Positions 1 to 23,431 of a stretch of DNA of 64,000 nucleotides are shown here, piece by piece. This stretch comes from the human T2T-CHM13v2.0 reference genome, Homo sapiens: the NCBI RefSeq assembly GCF_009914755.1, contig NC_060946.1; one strand, 5' to 3'. Position 1 is the stretch's first letter, and each line of letters starts with the position of its first letter. The notes under the pieces were generated by a model, which was not told the DNA's origin, did no database searches, and was given only the letters and a program-made list of their open reading frames with translations. Position numbers and translations under genes: made by a program.

Positions 1-216
1 AACTCTACTGTAAGTTCAGGTATTTAAAAATTACCATTAACAATAGTATCAAAAAATAAGAAATACTTAGGTATAAATCTAACAAAAGATGTGAAGTCCT
101 GTACACTGAAAAATTTTCAACACTGCTGAGAAAAAACATTTTTTAAAGACCTAGGTGCAAAGGCAGCTCCCTGAAGAAAGAACAGGCCTTTCAACAGAAT
201 GGTACTGCGAAACACG

Positions 217-365
217 GAAGAAAGAAAAATGAAGAGGAGGAGGAGGAAAGAAAGGAAGAAGGAAGGAAGGAGTTCATCTACAAAATGAAGTTAAAAAAAG
301 GAGGAGGAAGAGGAGGAAGAAAGAAGAAGGAGGAGGAGGAGGAAGAAAGAGGAACAAAGAACAAC
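217..365 (+). repeat. GA-rich low-complexity tract (GAA/GGA)
   Basis: Nearly purine-only runs such as gaggaggaagaggaggaagaaagaagaagg. Confidence 0.85.
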
Positions 366-402
366 TACTTTGATCCATTCCTTGAACCGCATAAAAAATT
401 CA

Positions 403-1789
<1,387 letters not shown>

Positions 1790-2403
1790 TTACTAGAATG
1801 GCTAAAATGAAAAAGAATGACCATACCAAGTGGTGGCAAGTGTGTGAAGCAACTGGAACTCTCCCAGTGAAAATGTAAATGGTACAACTTCTTTGGAAAA
1901 CAATTTGACAGTTTCTTTAAAAACTGAATGTATACCTACCATATAATCTGACCATTCCATTCCTAGGTATTTAACCAAGAGAAATGAAAGCATATGTCCA
2001 CACAAAGACTTGTTCATAGTACTTTTATTTGTAATATCCAAAAGCTGGAAACAAACAGTGTCTATCAAGAAGCAAATTGGTAAGTTGTGTACAGCCATAC
2101 AATGGAATACTACTCAGCAATAAAAAGGAATAAGCTATTAACACATTCCGCAGCACGGATGAATCTCAAAATAATTATATTGAGTGAAGAAGCCAGTATG
2201 TACTCAAAAGAATACCTACTGTATGACAACATTTATATAAAAATCTAAAAAATGCACTTGCAGCTATCAAGACAGAAAGGGATGGGGGTGGGAGGGATTA
2301 CAAAGGAGCACGAGAAAATGTTTGGGGTGACGATACGCTGTGTTCGTTATCTTGACTGTGGTGACGGTTTCACAGATTTATACATATATGAAAACTCAAA
2401 TTT

Positions 2404-3000
2404 GGCCGTGTGCAGAGGCTCACGCCTATAATCCCAGCACTTTGGGAGGCTGAGGTGAATGGATCACCTGAGGTCGGGAGTTCGAGACCAGCCTGACCAA
2501 CATGGAAAAACCCCATCTCTACTAAAAATACAAAATTAGCCAGGCATGGTGGTGCATGCCTATAATCCCAGCTATTCAGGAGGCTGAGGCAGGAGAATCG
2601 CTTGAACTTGGGAGGCAGAGGTTGCAGTGAGTCGAAATCACGCCACTGCTCTTCAGCCTAGGCAACAAGAGCAAAATTCTGTCTCAAAAAAACAAAAAAC
2701 TTGGCCAGGCGCGGTGGCTCACACCTGTAATCCCAGCACTTTGGGAGACCGAGGCAGGCAAATCACGAAGTCAGGAGATGAAGACCATCCTGGCTAACAC
2801 GGTGAAACCCCGTCTCTACTGAAAATACAAAAAATTAGCCGGGCGTGGTGGCGGGCGCCTGTAGTCCCAGCTACTCGGGAGGCTGAGGCAGAAGAATGGC
2901 GTGAACCCAGGAAGCACAGCTGGCAGTGAGCCCAGATCGCGCCACTGCCCTCCAGCCTGGGCGACAGCGCAAGACTCCGTCTCAAAAAAAAAAAAAAAAA
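2404..3000 (+). mobile_element. Tandem Alu pair (AluS-like, then AluY-like in its tail)
   Basis: Two full Alus; shared flanking target-site duplication aactcaaattt at ~2393 and ~3002; second copy has AluY-type ccatcctggctaacacgg and gaatggcgtgaacc. Confidence 0.92.
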
Positions 3001-3516
3001 CAACTCAAATTTTACACTTTATGTATCATTTATTATAAGTCAATTATACCTCAATAAGGCTTTTTTTTTTTAACTATCATGAAATAGATTTCTGTTTAAA
3101 AAATCAGGAAACAATTTTGAGATCAAAAGATACTGACCACAAGGCTAAAAATCCAGGCACCCTGTGTTCTAGGACTAGATATGCCTGGAACTGAAGAACT
3201 AAATTGAATCATGGCCCACCTAACGTGCTTGCTTCTCTGGAAAAGACAGCCTTGGCCTACCAGATCTCACCCCCGCCATCCATACAGGAGCTAGGTCCTT
3301 TTCATAATTATAAATCCAGGGCTTGCCCCATGACTGGTACTGAAGCACTATTTGATGAGTAAATCAGCAATTGGGACATGCTCTTCTGGCCTAATGTCTG
3401 TCTTCCTCAGCCACAATTAACCATTAGACCAAGAACCTGGAACCCTCCATTCCTCCTCAGTGTATTCTAGGTCTTCAGTTTTATTAAAAATCTCTAACTT
3501 CTTATTATTTTGCCAT

Positions 3517-3930
3517 AAAAATGGAACATGAATGGAACTGGAGGACATTATGTTAAGTGAAATAAGCCAGGCACAGAAAGACAAACTTCACATGTTCTCA
3601 TTCATATGTGGGAGCTTAAAAAAAGTTAAACTCATGGAGCTAGAGAGTGGAGTAGTGGTTACCAGAGGCTGGGAAAGGCAGAGGTGAGAAAAAGAGGTTG
3701 GTTAATAGGTACAAAAACACAGTTAACTATAGTTAATAATGGTTTATTCTATACTTCAAAATAACTAAATGAGTAGAATCAGAATGTTCCTAACACAAGA
3801 AAAGTTACAAATGCTTGAAGTGACAGATACCCCAATTACCATGATTTGATCATTACACATTCTATGCTTGTATCAAAATATCATATATACCCCACACATG
3901 TAACTACTGTGTCCATAAAGTTAAAAAAAA
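3517..3930 (+). mobile_element. L1MA-like 3' end
   Basis: ggaactggaggacattatgttaagtgaaataagccaggcacagaaagacaaac...gatttgatcattacacatt followed by an A-rich tail. Confidence 0.8.
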
Positions 3931-4039
3931 TTTTTTTTAAAGACTAATGCAGAAAAAAGAAAAAAAAAAGCCTTCTAATTTCCCAAACTATACTGAGAAA
4001 GAGTTCATTCACTGAATAGAGATTTAGCAACAGAACATT

Positions 4040-4178
4040 CTTTTTTATTTTTTAGAGATGGGGTCTTACTATGTTGCCCAGGCCAGAGTGCAGTGGTGGC
4101 TATTCACAGGCACAATCATGGTGCCTCAAAGTCAAATGACTCTCCCACCTCAGACTACAGGCCTGAGCTACCCCGCCC
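4040..4178 (-). mobile_element. Fossil Alu monomer (FAM/FLAM-like)
   Basis: Short reverse Alu-like unit with ggctattcacaggc, T-rich tail and flanking cagaacatt/cagaatatt duplication. Confidence 0.7.
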
Positions 4179-4600
4179 AGCAGAATATTTTAACAGTGTC
4201 CATTCTATTAAAAAAAAAAACAAACAAAAAAAACACCCTATGGTGTTGTTCAAAGTAAATTCATAGCTCATGTCACAGCCCTCCAAATCTACGCCCTAAC
4301 ATATCATACCCTAGGCCCAGAAAAACTTCAATGCACTACCTTAAATTATTTTTGGAAATAGTTGAGTAGGAAGTAATAAGTAACAACACTGGGGGTTTTC
4401 TTTCTCCATACCCCTATATCCTCCAAAAGCAAACGTCAGCCAAGTCTTCTCTGGCAAACAAGGCCCCTTCCCCCATGCACCACATCCACCTTGCCTTGCC
4501 TTAGCTGCTTCTAAGTAGTACTTGTCACTCCTGGCTTCCTATATATCAGTATATAGTAAACCTATATATATATATACATATATAGATATGTAAGTGAAAC

Positions 4601-4889
4601 AGCCAGGTGCAGTGGCTCACGCCTGTAATCCCAGCACTTTGGGAAGCCGAGGCGGGTGGATCACAAGGTCAGGAGTTCAAGACCAGCCTGGCCAAGATGT
4701 TGAAACCTCGTCTCTACTAAAAACACAAAAATTAGCCAGGTGTGGTGCGGGTGCCTGTAATCCCAGCTACTCTGGAGGCTGAGGCAGAGAACTGCTCGAA
4801 TCCGGGAGGCGGAAGCTGCAGTAAGCTGAGATTGCACCACTGCACTCCAGCCTGGGCGACAGAGCAAGGCTCTGTCTCGAAAAAAAAAG
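4601..4889 (+). mobile_element. Alu
   Basis: Full-length Alu motifs. Confidence 0.95.
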
Positions 4890-5654
4890 TAAAGCTTCCT
4901 GAGGGCACAGGTCATGTCTGCACTGTTCACTCCTGTGTTCCCAGGGCATAGCCGACCACACTTAGTGTCCATAACTCAAACACACTTGAAGAATACTTCT
5001 TCTCTCCATACTCTACGCATGTCTGGGAAAGGCTCCAAAGGCCCAAACAGCCTTCCTCTTTGAGAAGTGCCCATCTGGCCACTCCATGAGTGCCACCTGC
5101 CCTGCCCCAGGCTGGGCCAATGAGAAGAGTCTGTAAGGTGATGGGAGTGGGAAGATCCAGGCTAGCCAGACTGAGACAGTCACTTGAAGTTCTGTGCACC
5201 CTGAGGCAGAAAGAGGTAAGGGCTAAGACCAGAAGGGCTGAGAAAGGGGAGCAACACCCTTCACAGTCCCATGACCCCAAGGATGGCTGTGCTTCCTCCC
5301 TGGGCTCAGGGAAAAGTTCCTCCTACAGCTACTCCTTACAACCAGACAGCTCTGGCTAAAATAGCCCCCACACGGATTTTCTGTCCTTTTCTTTCTTTCT
5401 CCAGACTTTTAAAAAAAAAATAGTTATCAAAAGAGGAAAAATAAGCTATCAGCAGAATGACTGTCTTGCTACATCCTGAACACAGCTGGGCTCCCCACTG
5501 CTGGGCCTTAGTCCATGGCATCCCCTCTCCCCAGGTCTCAAGACACACCACTCTCCAGGAACCCCTCCCCAAACTCCCCTAACTGAGTCGGCCTTCTTGG
5601 CCTAGCCCTGTTTTCCTAAGCAGCCCTTCTCTGTTCTTTTCTTCACACCCTGAG

Positions 5655-5878
5655 TAGGGTCAGCACACTTTTCCTTCAAGGGCCAGATGATAAGTATTTC
5701 CAGGTGGCCAGCTTCACAGGCCACCCTCTCTCTGCCACAGCTGCTCAACCCTGCTGCCGTGGAGCTAAAGCAGCTGCAGATAATATGGGAATGCGTGGGC
5801 ATAGGCATGTCCAATAAAGCTTTAGCGAAAAACAAAAAAAAACAGTGGCCAGTTGCAGGTATAGTTTGCCAAACCCTG
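5655..5878 (+). mobile_element. MER58-like hAT DNA transposon remnant
   Basis: agggtcagcacactttt...aagggccagatgataagtattt...ccaataaagcttt...tagtttgccaaaccctg, with terminal inverted-repeat-like ends. Confidence 0.7.
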
Positions 5879-5919
5879 TTCTCGAGTATACATATAGGGA
5901 CATTTTACATACATGTAAA

Positions 5920-6220
5920 TGTTTTGTTTTTTGAGACAGGGTCTCGCTCTGTCACCCAGGCTGGAATGCAGCGGCATGACCACAGATTACTGCAGCATAG
6001 ACACCCTGGGCTCCAGTGATCCTCTTGCCCCAGACTCCCAAGTAGCTGGGACTACAGGCACATACCACCATACTCAGCTAATTTTTTATTTTTTATTTTT
6101 AGTAAAGACAAGGTCTTGCTATGTTGCCCAGGCTGGTCTCGAACTCCTGAGCTCAAGCAATCTTCTCACCTTATGCTCTCAAAGTTTTGGGATTACAGGC
6201 ATGAGCCACTGTGTCTGGCT
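5920..6220 (-). mobile_element. Alu (AluJ-like, reverse)
   Basis: tttttgagacagggtctcgctctgtcacccaggctgg...gggattacaggcatgagccac. Confidence 0.93.
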
Positions 6221-6629
6221 GAGGGACACATCTTTATTGCTGCCCCATACTCCATGTCACCAACACCCCACACATGGAGGCATGCACTAAATGCCTAATG
6301 AACTGCACAGCTCAAAATCTTCCCATATTCTGCCAGCAGACAATGAAGTGTCAGAAGTTCTCCAATAGGGAAGGTTTTTCTCCCTTCTTGATCCATCTGT
6401 CAAGCCGGGTCTATTCTGGAAGCAACTGAAGATGTGGATCACTCATTAACACTGGCACCTACTCTGTGCCAGGCAGTTCTCCAGGTGACAGGGCTGTGGT
6501 AATGAACAAAGAAAGTCAATTCCAGGACATGACAGAGCTTGCATCCAGCACAGCACACCAGATGGTGACTCCAACAGGTCAAACTGGCATTGCTTTAGCT
6601 GGACATCAACACTGCGTTTCCACTGACTA

Positions 6630-8037
<1,408 letters not shown>

Positions 8038-8151
8038 TCATTCTAAGACACCTTAATACACTTAAAATTATTGAAGACCCCAAAGAGCTTTTATTTATGT
8101 GGGTTATATCTGTCAATATTTACTGTATCAGAAATTAAAACTGAGAAATTT

Positions 8152-10345
<2,194 letters not shown>

Positions 10346-10389
10346 ATAATATGGTAAATTTTATGTTACATATATCTTACCACAATTTA

Positions 10390-10739
10390 AAAAAGAAATG
10401 AAATACTAACACATGCTATAACATGGATGAACTGCGAAAACATAATGCTAAGTGAAAGAAGCCAGACACAAAGGACAACATATTGTATGATTCCATTAGT
10501 ATGAAATATCTAGAATGGGCAAATCTATACAGACAGAAATTGCCAAAGGCTGTGGGCAGGGGAATTGGGGAGTTACTGTTTAAAAAGTATAGAGTTACCG
10601 TTTGGGATGATAAAAAAAAAAAAAAAGTTCTGGAAATGGGTAGTGGTGCTGGCTGCACAACATTCTGAATGTTCTTAATGCCACTGAATTGTGTACTTAA
10701 AACTGGTAAATTGTATGTGTATTTTACCACAATAAAAAA

Positions 10740-10740
<1 letters not shown>
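10390..10740 (+). mobile_element. L1MB-like 3' end
   Basis: acatgctataacatggatgaac...gttcttaatgccactgaattgtgtacttaaa...ttttaccacaataaaaaa. Confidence 0.78.
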
Positions 10741-10743
<3 letters not shown>

Positions 10744-10775
<32 letters not shown>

Positions 10776-11053
10776 AGCCGGAGTCTCGCTCTGTCACCCA
10801 GGCTGGAGTGCAGTGGCAAGATCTCGGCTTACTGCAAGCTCCGCCTCCCGGGTTCATGCCCTTCTCCTGCCTCAGCCTCCCGAGTAGCTGAGATTAGGTG
10901 CGCACCATCACGCCCGGCTAATTTTTTGTATTTTTAGTGGAGACAGGGTTTCACTGTGTTAGCCAGGATGGTCTTGATCTCCTGACCTCGTGATCCACCT
11001 GCCTCGGCCTCCTAAAGTGTTGGGATTACAGGCGTGAGCCACCGTGCCCGGCC
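10744..11053 (-). mobile_element. AluY-like (reverse) inserted in an L1 tail
   Basis: Long T run, gcaagctccgcctcccgggttca, gttagccaggatgg; TSD aaaaaa(g/a)ttct. Confidence 0.93.
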
Positions 11054-11066
11054 AAAAAAATTCTTA

Positions 11067-12663
<1,597 letters not shown>

Positions 12664-15469
12664 TAGGGAGGACAGAGACCACTGTTGATAGCACAACTAA
12701 AAGACAAAACAGAGGGCATATTGCTCGGTGACCTTCTAAATGGAGGGGTCACCTCTGTCCTGAGGCAAGAGTGAATAATAAGGGCCTTGAATGGGGCCTC
12801 AGAGATGGCCAGCATCTGAGCCACCAGGGGCCATGGGCAGGCCTCCGGCAAGCACCCATCCTGAACAGGTGCTGCCCAGTGGGGAAGGGAGCGATGCGCG
12901 CTCTGGAAGGCACACTGTACTCCGGGGCCCCAGAGGGACTTCGGGACCAGATAGCTTCATGGGATGTGCTATAACTCCAGAAAGGGACGCGGCTGGCGAT
13001 GGAGGAGTGCATCATCAGAACACCAACCTGCGTCAGCACAGAGAGCAGACCTGGGAGGGCAGAGCTAGGAAGTGAGGAAAGGCAGGACCTGGCATTCCAA
13101 ACAGTGCACAGACCATCCCAGAACCAACTGTGATCACATCACAAACTCCCTGCCTTCTCTACAGTGCTCAAATGCCATCTGCCCTTTTATGGAGTCCAAG
13201 GGCCACCTCTAACCTTCCCGCAAAGCCCCACATCCAGGTTCTTGGGGGTCCCGGCTCACCAGTCCCTGCAGCTCTCCCCTGAAGCCCGTCTAGCCCCTTC
13301 CCCATCGCTGCCACTGCCCCGTAGCACCAGCAGGCCAGCACACAACCTCCCCACCCCTGTAGCTTCCTGGAACCACGCAGGGAGACTGGCTTGGAAAGAC
13401 GCCCCAGAGATCCGTTGCGAGACAAACAGCAGGCTTCAGCTCCTGGCCCGTGCAACCCTGCTCAGCCTCGCCAGGCTGCTTCCTCCATCTGTAAAGCATG
13501 GAGGTGACCATCCTGCCCTGCCTATCCCTCCTGACTTCCACGGAGGTGATGAGGCCCAAAAGAGAAAATTACTCCAACAATGCTCAGCTGCTGAAGTTTC
13601 ACATATGCCACCCTTAGGAACAATCCTGGGAGGTCCTCTGCAGAGATAAATGCTCTGAGAGGGACCCACAAGGGCAAAGAGAGGATGGGAGGCAGGAACC
13701 ATGGCCAGGGGTTCTGTGCAGTTTGACCTGCCACTGCGTCTCAGCAGCAGGGGGCAGTGAAGACTGCTGATACCTGGAGGCCTGAGCATCCTCTGTACTG
13801 GCAGCCACCAGGCTACAGCACCAACGATGCCAGCATCTGAACCTCAAGCCACAAGGAGCCCAGAGGCCAGCCGGCTCCTCACCCATGAGGGCCCAGAGTT
13901 CAAACGGGAACAAGACATGTGTGGCTCATGGAAAATGATGAGATTGGAAGTTTCATTAGCAAAATGTGAAGGAAGGCCTGAAGCTGTTCTATGTATTGAA
14001 ACCCCCAACTAGTCCAGCCAGCTAGCTTCTCAGAGGGGCTGACCCGCCTACTCAGTGTCCCACATCAAGTTGGCAGCAGCAGAATGGGCATCAGAGGTCA
14101 GGCTGTGGGCTCTTTGACCCAAATCCCCATCCCTGAAGCCTGCAGAGCCCCTGGGTGGGGCTCTGCATTCTGACTCCCTAGAGGACCAGGTCCAAACTTT
14201 CCAGTTCTGAGCCATTTCCTTCACCGAGACAGCAGTCAGCAGAGCCTCTGGGGGCTCACTGCACAAAGCCCAGGGATACCAGAGCCCCACCACCAGTCTG
14301 GTGCAGAGCCAAGGATGTACCAACATATTGTACTTTTTTTCCCTACCAGTGGCCAGTTACTAGAACAAAATATTTTACACCTGCAAACACTCCTGCTGTG
14401 GTTTTGAAATATGCCTGCAACTTCTTTGATATGGCTCCCTAAATGGCAGTAGCTCCCCAAACACATAACCACCAAACCCATTTCCAAACAGCCCCCGGGG
14501 CAAGTGGAATCTCTGAGTGAAGGCTCCACCCTCAGTCACTCCTCCCCTGGACCCTGGAGCTCCTGACTCCCCATCACCACCACTGGAGACAGGTGGCCAG
14601 CTCTCCTGCAACAGTGGAGAGGGAGTAGGGTTGCCAAGCGCTAGGGGAGTGCCAGCCACTTTCTCCCACAGCCCAAGGGGTCACAACACTGACACTGGGG
14701 AACACCACACAAGAACAAAGGGACAAGGCCTATGCTTCAGCATTTATTTCTCATAAATAACAAGCATTTTCTACCTCCAGGAGAAGAAGTGATCACCACC
14801 TGCTACCATCTATCTGTAGATGCTGTCCAACCAAAACACTGGCTCAGCTGCTCTGCCCTGTGGCTTCTCCTTAGGCAGATGTTTGGGAAAGAAGGCCCTG
14901 TTTAAAATAAGTTATCCTAGAAAAGAAGGGAAGGTCCTAAGAAAAAGGAAGGGATCATATAAGATGAAAGAAGAGAAAGGCAGGTCCACCAAGCATACCT
15001 ATTCCATGAGTGACACTTTCAAGAAAAGAACAGCAACTTGCAATCAGTCCTTATTTCATGGGGGTTCGGGCAGGAGGGGCTACATACTTGGGAATAAGAC
15101 CAGGGCAGGAGGGTGGGACAGAACTGGAGCGAGAGCTATCTCGCATCTGATGTAAACATCAGCCAGCAGTTTCATCCAACACTCGCACCACATTTCGATC
15201 ATAGCCACAGGATAGCGCAGCCAATTTCTCTAAGAGAAAGAACAGCTGTAGTCAAATCAGATTCCTGAATGCTCATTTTGCATGTGCCAGGCAGTATATC
15301 AAGTGCTTAGAATACATTATTATGAATCCTTAAGACAACTCATTTGCTCCTTCCATGAACACCGCCGTGTACCTCCTAGGGGCCAGGTGTTGTACAGGAC
15401 ACAAGTGAGAAGAGCAGGAGGAGAACCATAAGGTGTCTGCCCCCACGAAGCTCAGATTTTACTAGGGAA

Positions 15470-17100
<1,631 letters not shown>

Positions 17101-17788
17101 AACTGCGGTAGCAGTGGAGCCGCCTAACCCTGAAAAGCACATATAAAATACGGAGGGATTTAAAGTCCTAAGGATAATATTACAACTGAATGAAGTAACT
17201 CCTGCAAGAAAGCAAGACTAGAAATCTGACGCATCTAAAAGGAGACTGAGCCTACAGCCCAGCCATGGGCAGGCAGTTCTGCCCAGTTCCTCCCTTGTCT
17301 AACAGAGTGGGTCCAAACTTTAGTGTGATCACCACAGGGAGTTACACTCACAAAAAGCACATGTCCTATCATATGGGGTCTTTAAAGAACATTCAAAGGA
17401 AACATTTGCAGTCTGAAAGCTTCATTTCCTGCTCTTATTTCAAAACCTAAGTTGAACACAAGATTTAACACACCAAAAACTCTATCCAAAAAATGGGGTT
17501 ACAGTTAAGGTTAATGGAGCTATTACATGCCAAGTGCTGATGAGGGTGCCTGATGCTCAGAAATGGGGATGGGGTGGCAGTGATAAGACAGCATCAGCTA
17601 AGAACCAAGGCAGGGACTGCAGGAACAGGCTGTGGGGAAGTGTCAGCTTCCTGGGGGCATTTGTGTGGACACAGCAGGGGTGGGCCCTGAGGAGTCAGGG
17701 CTGCGGCACCTGGAGCCTGCTGAAGCTATGGGAAGAAGACAAGAAAAGCAGGGTGGGTGGGAAGGTTCACATTGAAAAGGCGGGAGGA

Positions 17789-17955
17789 GAGCATTAGGAC
17801 AAATACCTAATGCATGCGGGGCTTAAAACCTAGATGACAGGTTGTTAGGTGCAGCAAACCACCATGGCACATGTATGCCTATGTAACAAACCTGCATGTT
17901 CTGCACATGCATCCTGGAACTTAAAGTAAAATAAAATTAAATTAAAAAAAAAAAA
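17789..17955 (+). mobile_element. Severely 5'-truncated L1PA 3' end
   Basis: gcattaggacaaatacctaatgcatgcggggcttaaaacctagatgac...tgtaacaaacctgcatgttctgcacatg, A tail, TSD gaaaaggc(gg/ag)(g/a)agga at 17774 and 17956. Confidence 0.9.
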
Positions 17956-19236
17956 GAAAAGGCAGAAGGAGAAAGACAAGGAGTAGATGGAAAAAGAGCC
18001 AGAGACTTCTCTTGAAGCTGTGCGATATCACAGCATGAACTCTATGCTGCCCAGGTTTCAAATACCCACTCCATGACTTTAAAAGCTGTGTGACTTTGGC
18101 TAAGTCACTTAGTCTCCCAAGCTCTGTTTCTCTATCTGTAAAATGAGGTTAATATGAGTAAACCTACTTCCTATAAAAAGACATCACATCTCATGCTGCA
18201 ATTATAAAGCAGAAATATGCAACAGCATTAAGCTAAAATTTCATTTAACTTTTTTGTGGGTTCTAAGCATTTTAGATCTATTTTTTCTGTTAAGTAGTAT
18301 GTTTTATATTCAGTTATACACATTTTTTTCCTTTTAAAATACCTTTTCCTCATCTTTTACTTTCATGAATGTTTGTTAAGAAGTAATACATCCACACGGT
18401 TGAAAACCCACAAAGTCCGTCCATACAAAAGAAGGTAACACTCTAATAAGCCTCCCAAGCTTCTGGAAACACACAGGTAGATTTGATTGCAATCACTGTG
18501 TGGTGAGATCACAGAGGGTGGTCACCAGCTGGCCTGAATTGATCACCCAAGCCCAAAGAGACATCACAGCATCAGTGTCCACACAAGATGCTGGTGCAGT
18601 CAGAACTGTGAACACTAGCGATGCCCAACTCAGTGAAAAGGTGCCCGGTTCTTAGGCAGGAGGCCCCAGGTGGTGGCGCTCCACTTAGCTCCCTCTGCCA
18701 TACAGCTCTTTCATCAGCTTTTGGAATCATGGTGCAGGAGGCAAAGCATGTGGCTCAGGACAGCAGTCCTGAGTTTCCTGTTCTTGCTTCTACTTAAAAG
18801 CTAAGTGATGCCACCAAGCAAGCTAATTAACCTCTCTGGGTCTTAGCATCCTAATCTCCAAAACAGACCTACCACCTGCCTCACTGATCACCCCTCCACA
18901 ATGAGTCTTGTCAGGTAAAGGGTGTGTAGAACTATACCCAAACTCCCAGGCCAACCTCAGCCCCTGCTTCAGACAGCTCCCCCATACCACTGCATACCCA
19001 AAGACTATCAGAGCACGAACCCAAGCTATCGGATGGAGAGGAAACACAAAGGGTGATGGCTGGTGGAATGAGACGCTGTTAAACCAACAAGCTCACAATG
19101 TCAGCACTTGGGCCCAAATAGCCCTTGAACATCTAAACTCTTTTTTGTTTTTATTTTTTTTTTTTTTTTTTTTGTCTCCAGGAAGAAACTGAAACTTAAA
19201 AAGTGATTTGCCAAGAGTTTTGACAAAAGTACATCA

Positions 19237-20746
<1,510 letters not shown>

Positions 20747-22589
20747 TTACCAAAGAAAAAAAAAAAAAAAAGAATGAAGTTATATATGCACTGATCTACA
20801 AAGATCTCAAAATAAGTTAAATACAAAAATTAAATAAAAAATATAATTCCATTTATGTAAAATATTCTATGTATGAATGTTAGCAAATGTGAAGAAATAT
20901 CAACTTTATTTTTTCTAGATTGTCCAGACAAGATCTTCTACACCCTTGGGCTCTCTCCATGCCCCATGGCTTACCATGCTGGTCTAGCAGGCATCCTTCG
21001 CAAATAGGGTAGATGGGGAAATCCGAAGAGCTGCTCCCACTGTCAGGAGTGGCCAAGAAACCTCCAAGAGCTGCAGCAAAGGCCTGCCATGGCCCCCAAC
21101 AAGCCTCTAACTCTTCCAGGTCCTCTTATTCTAAGACCATAGACAGAGTTCTGTAGGTAAACTAATCTACCTGGAGGCCCTAAGAAGCAGCCAGTGGCAC
21201 CGGAGAGACCTCTGCATCAGCAGACCTAGTTTCAATGGAGCATCTGGCCCGGTCCTGTGGTCAGTCTCCTGCTGATCATCCCTGTGTTGACCTTCTGGGT
21301 CCCTCTGCTGTGACTCCTGCCCCTCATCCAGTGCCCTGGCCAGCCACAAACAATCCTCTCCACAACTATGAACTCCTAAGGAAGGTTTCCCAGAAAATGA
21401 GACTTCCCAGGCAAGGAAGAGGGCAGGGTCTACCTGGGGGACCCTTAGTCCACCATACCCACCAGAATACTGTCCTCAGTACTGTCCTGTCCAACAGTAG
21501 CAGCCAACAGCTGAAGGATGACAGACTAACCAAGGAAGACAAGCTAACCAAACTGATAGCTGTCTGCCATTTTGCCAGAGGTCAGCCAGAAGTCAGCCTA
21601 CAGGGAGGGACCTGTAGGGGACAAGGGCACTAAGAACAATGACCAGCTCAGAGTGACTGAAGCAACAGCTACCCCAGGCAGAGGAGGAGGAGAAGGCCAA
21701 GAGGCAAGCATGTGCAGCCCATGCAGCCCATGCACCCAGCCAGCTCTTGACCAGAAACAAGCCCTGCACTGTGCAAACAACCCAGGGAAGGTCCAGCCAC
21801 ATCCTCACACAGGGCAGTCCAGTTCTCAAAGCCAGGTGCCAGCAAGTCCATCAGAGAGGCAGCTCCCTCAGCACCGGCTTGCTGGGGTCCCTCCCTCTGG
21901 GAGCCCCTCAACCCTCCACCCCAGGCTGGGCAGCTGGTGAGCTTCAGTGAGGATCCACATTAATGAGAAGCCACACTTGCTCTCACCTCTCAGCTCAGCT
22001 CCCATCACAGAAGCAAGCTCCTACCAGGGTGGGGCCCAGGCCAGCTGGCTCCACAGCCATGTCCCCTACCCCCGGATCCCATCCTCCCAAGGCATTTTTG
22101 CAGGACTGCCACAAGGCTCTCATCCTCCTCGCCACCCCCACCAGAGGCAGCTGCAAGGCCTGCTGGCTAAAGTAGCTGTTGCTCTTTATGTCAAAATATA
22201 AATAGGCATTTGTGCATTTGTTCAATAACTGATTTCTGAGTGCCCAGTCTGTGCCTGACCAGGCCCAGGTGACAGAGCATGAATGTGACAAAGAGCAAAA
22301 CGTGTATGAACAATCCCAGCCCTGTCCAAAGCACCATGGCTGTTTCGGGGGCTCTCAGCAAGTCATACGCAGTCCCTCTGATCCCATCAGAACAGCAAAG
22401 AGCACTCTCTGTGTGGCAGACACTCCTCAGAGCCACTGCACTCTGCCACCTCCTGAGGGAGCTCTCTCCCGACCAATAAGCCCTGTGCACAAACCACCTC
22501 ACATTTCACATTTCAGTTCAGGGTTCCTGAACTCTATCTGTGATTAACACTAACATTTTGCCTGATGAAGAGTTTGCTTTATGTCAGAC

Positions 22590-22760
22590 ACTTTTTAGAA
22601 TTTTATACTTACCCATTTTAATCCTCACAACATCTCTATAAAGCTCTGTTACGATGTCCATGTTCCAAATGAGGAAACTGAAGAGTGAGGAGTAGAACAG
22701 ATTGAGCCTAGGCAGTGTGGCTCTAGAGCCCATGCTCTTAAGCCACCATACCCAACTGCC
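22590..22760 (-). mobile_element. MIR remnant
   Basis: ttttaatcctcacaac...aaatgaggaaactgaag...ctagagcccatgctcttaagccac. Confidence 0.65.
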
Positions 22761-23431
22761 TGCCATGGGCCAGGATGAGAAGGCTTGATCTAATCCCAGC
22801 TGCTACTTTTACAGACAGCTCATTTGAGGCAAAACCAGACCTGAGCTTCCCCATCTCCCAGGAGGATGCCCAGAAGGTCCAGGGCATCTGGGTCCACAGG
22901 CTATTCACCCTCCAACCTAGACTTGCCCTGCCAAGCCCGCCATGTCCACACTGACAGGACACACAGCTTGGAATGGCAGGATGAGATGGACTGGCTTTGA
23001 CTAAACTTCCCAGGACAACTGGTAAATCATGTCAGAAACACAAATACAGGTGTTACACAGCTATCACATAATAACCATACCCAAGCCCATGCATCACTCT
23101 GCTCAATGAACTGTTGGCCCAAAACTGGTCTCTCGGGATTACCGAGCCCACTCTGCAGACTGGCAGTGAAAGAAAGGAAAGAGGACGGTCATCAAAACCT
23201 CAGCACCCAAACATAACAGCACATAAGAGAAAATCTAATAGCATACCAAGGAAAAGACATCTAATCAGTCAAGAGCTTTCTACGGGGTCCTTAAATGTTG
23301 TCACTGATGCATTCCACTTAGAGTCAAGAAACTACTAAATGCCAATCGGGTCGTCCTTATGCCAACAACCAAGAGAGGCAGAGGAACTCCCTGCCTGTCA
23401 AAGGCTCAGGTCCAGTAGGAGAGAGTCAATA

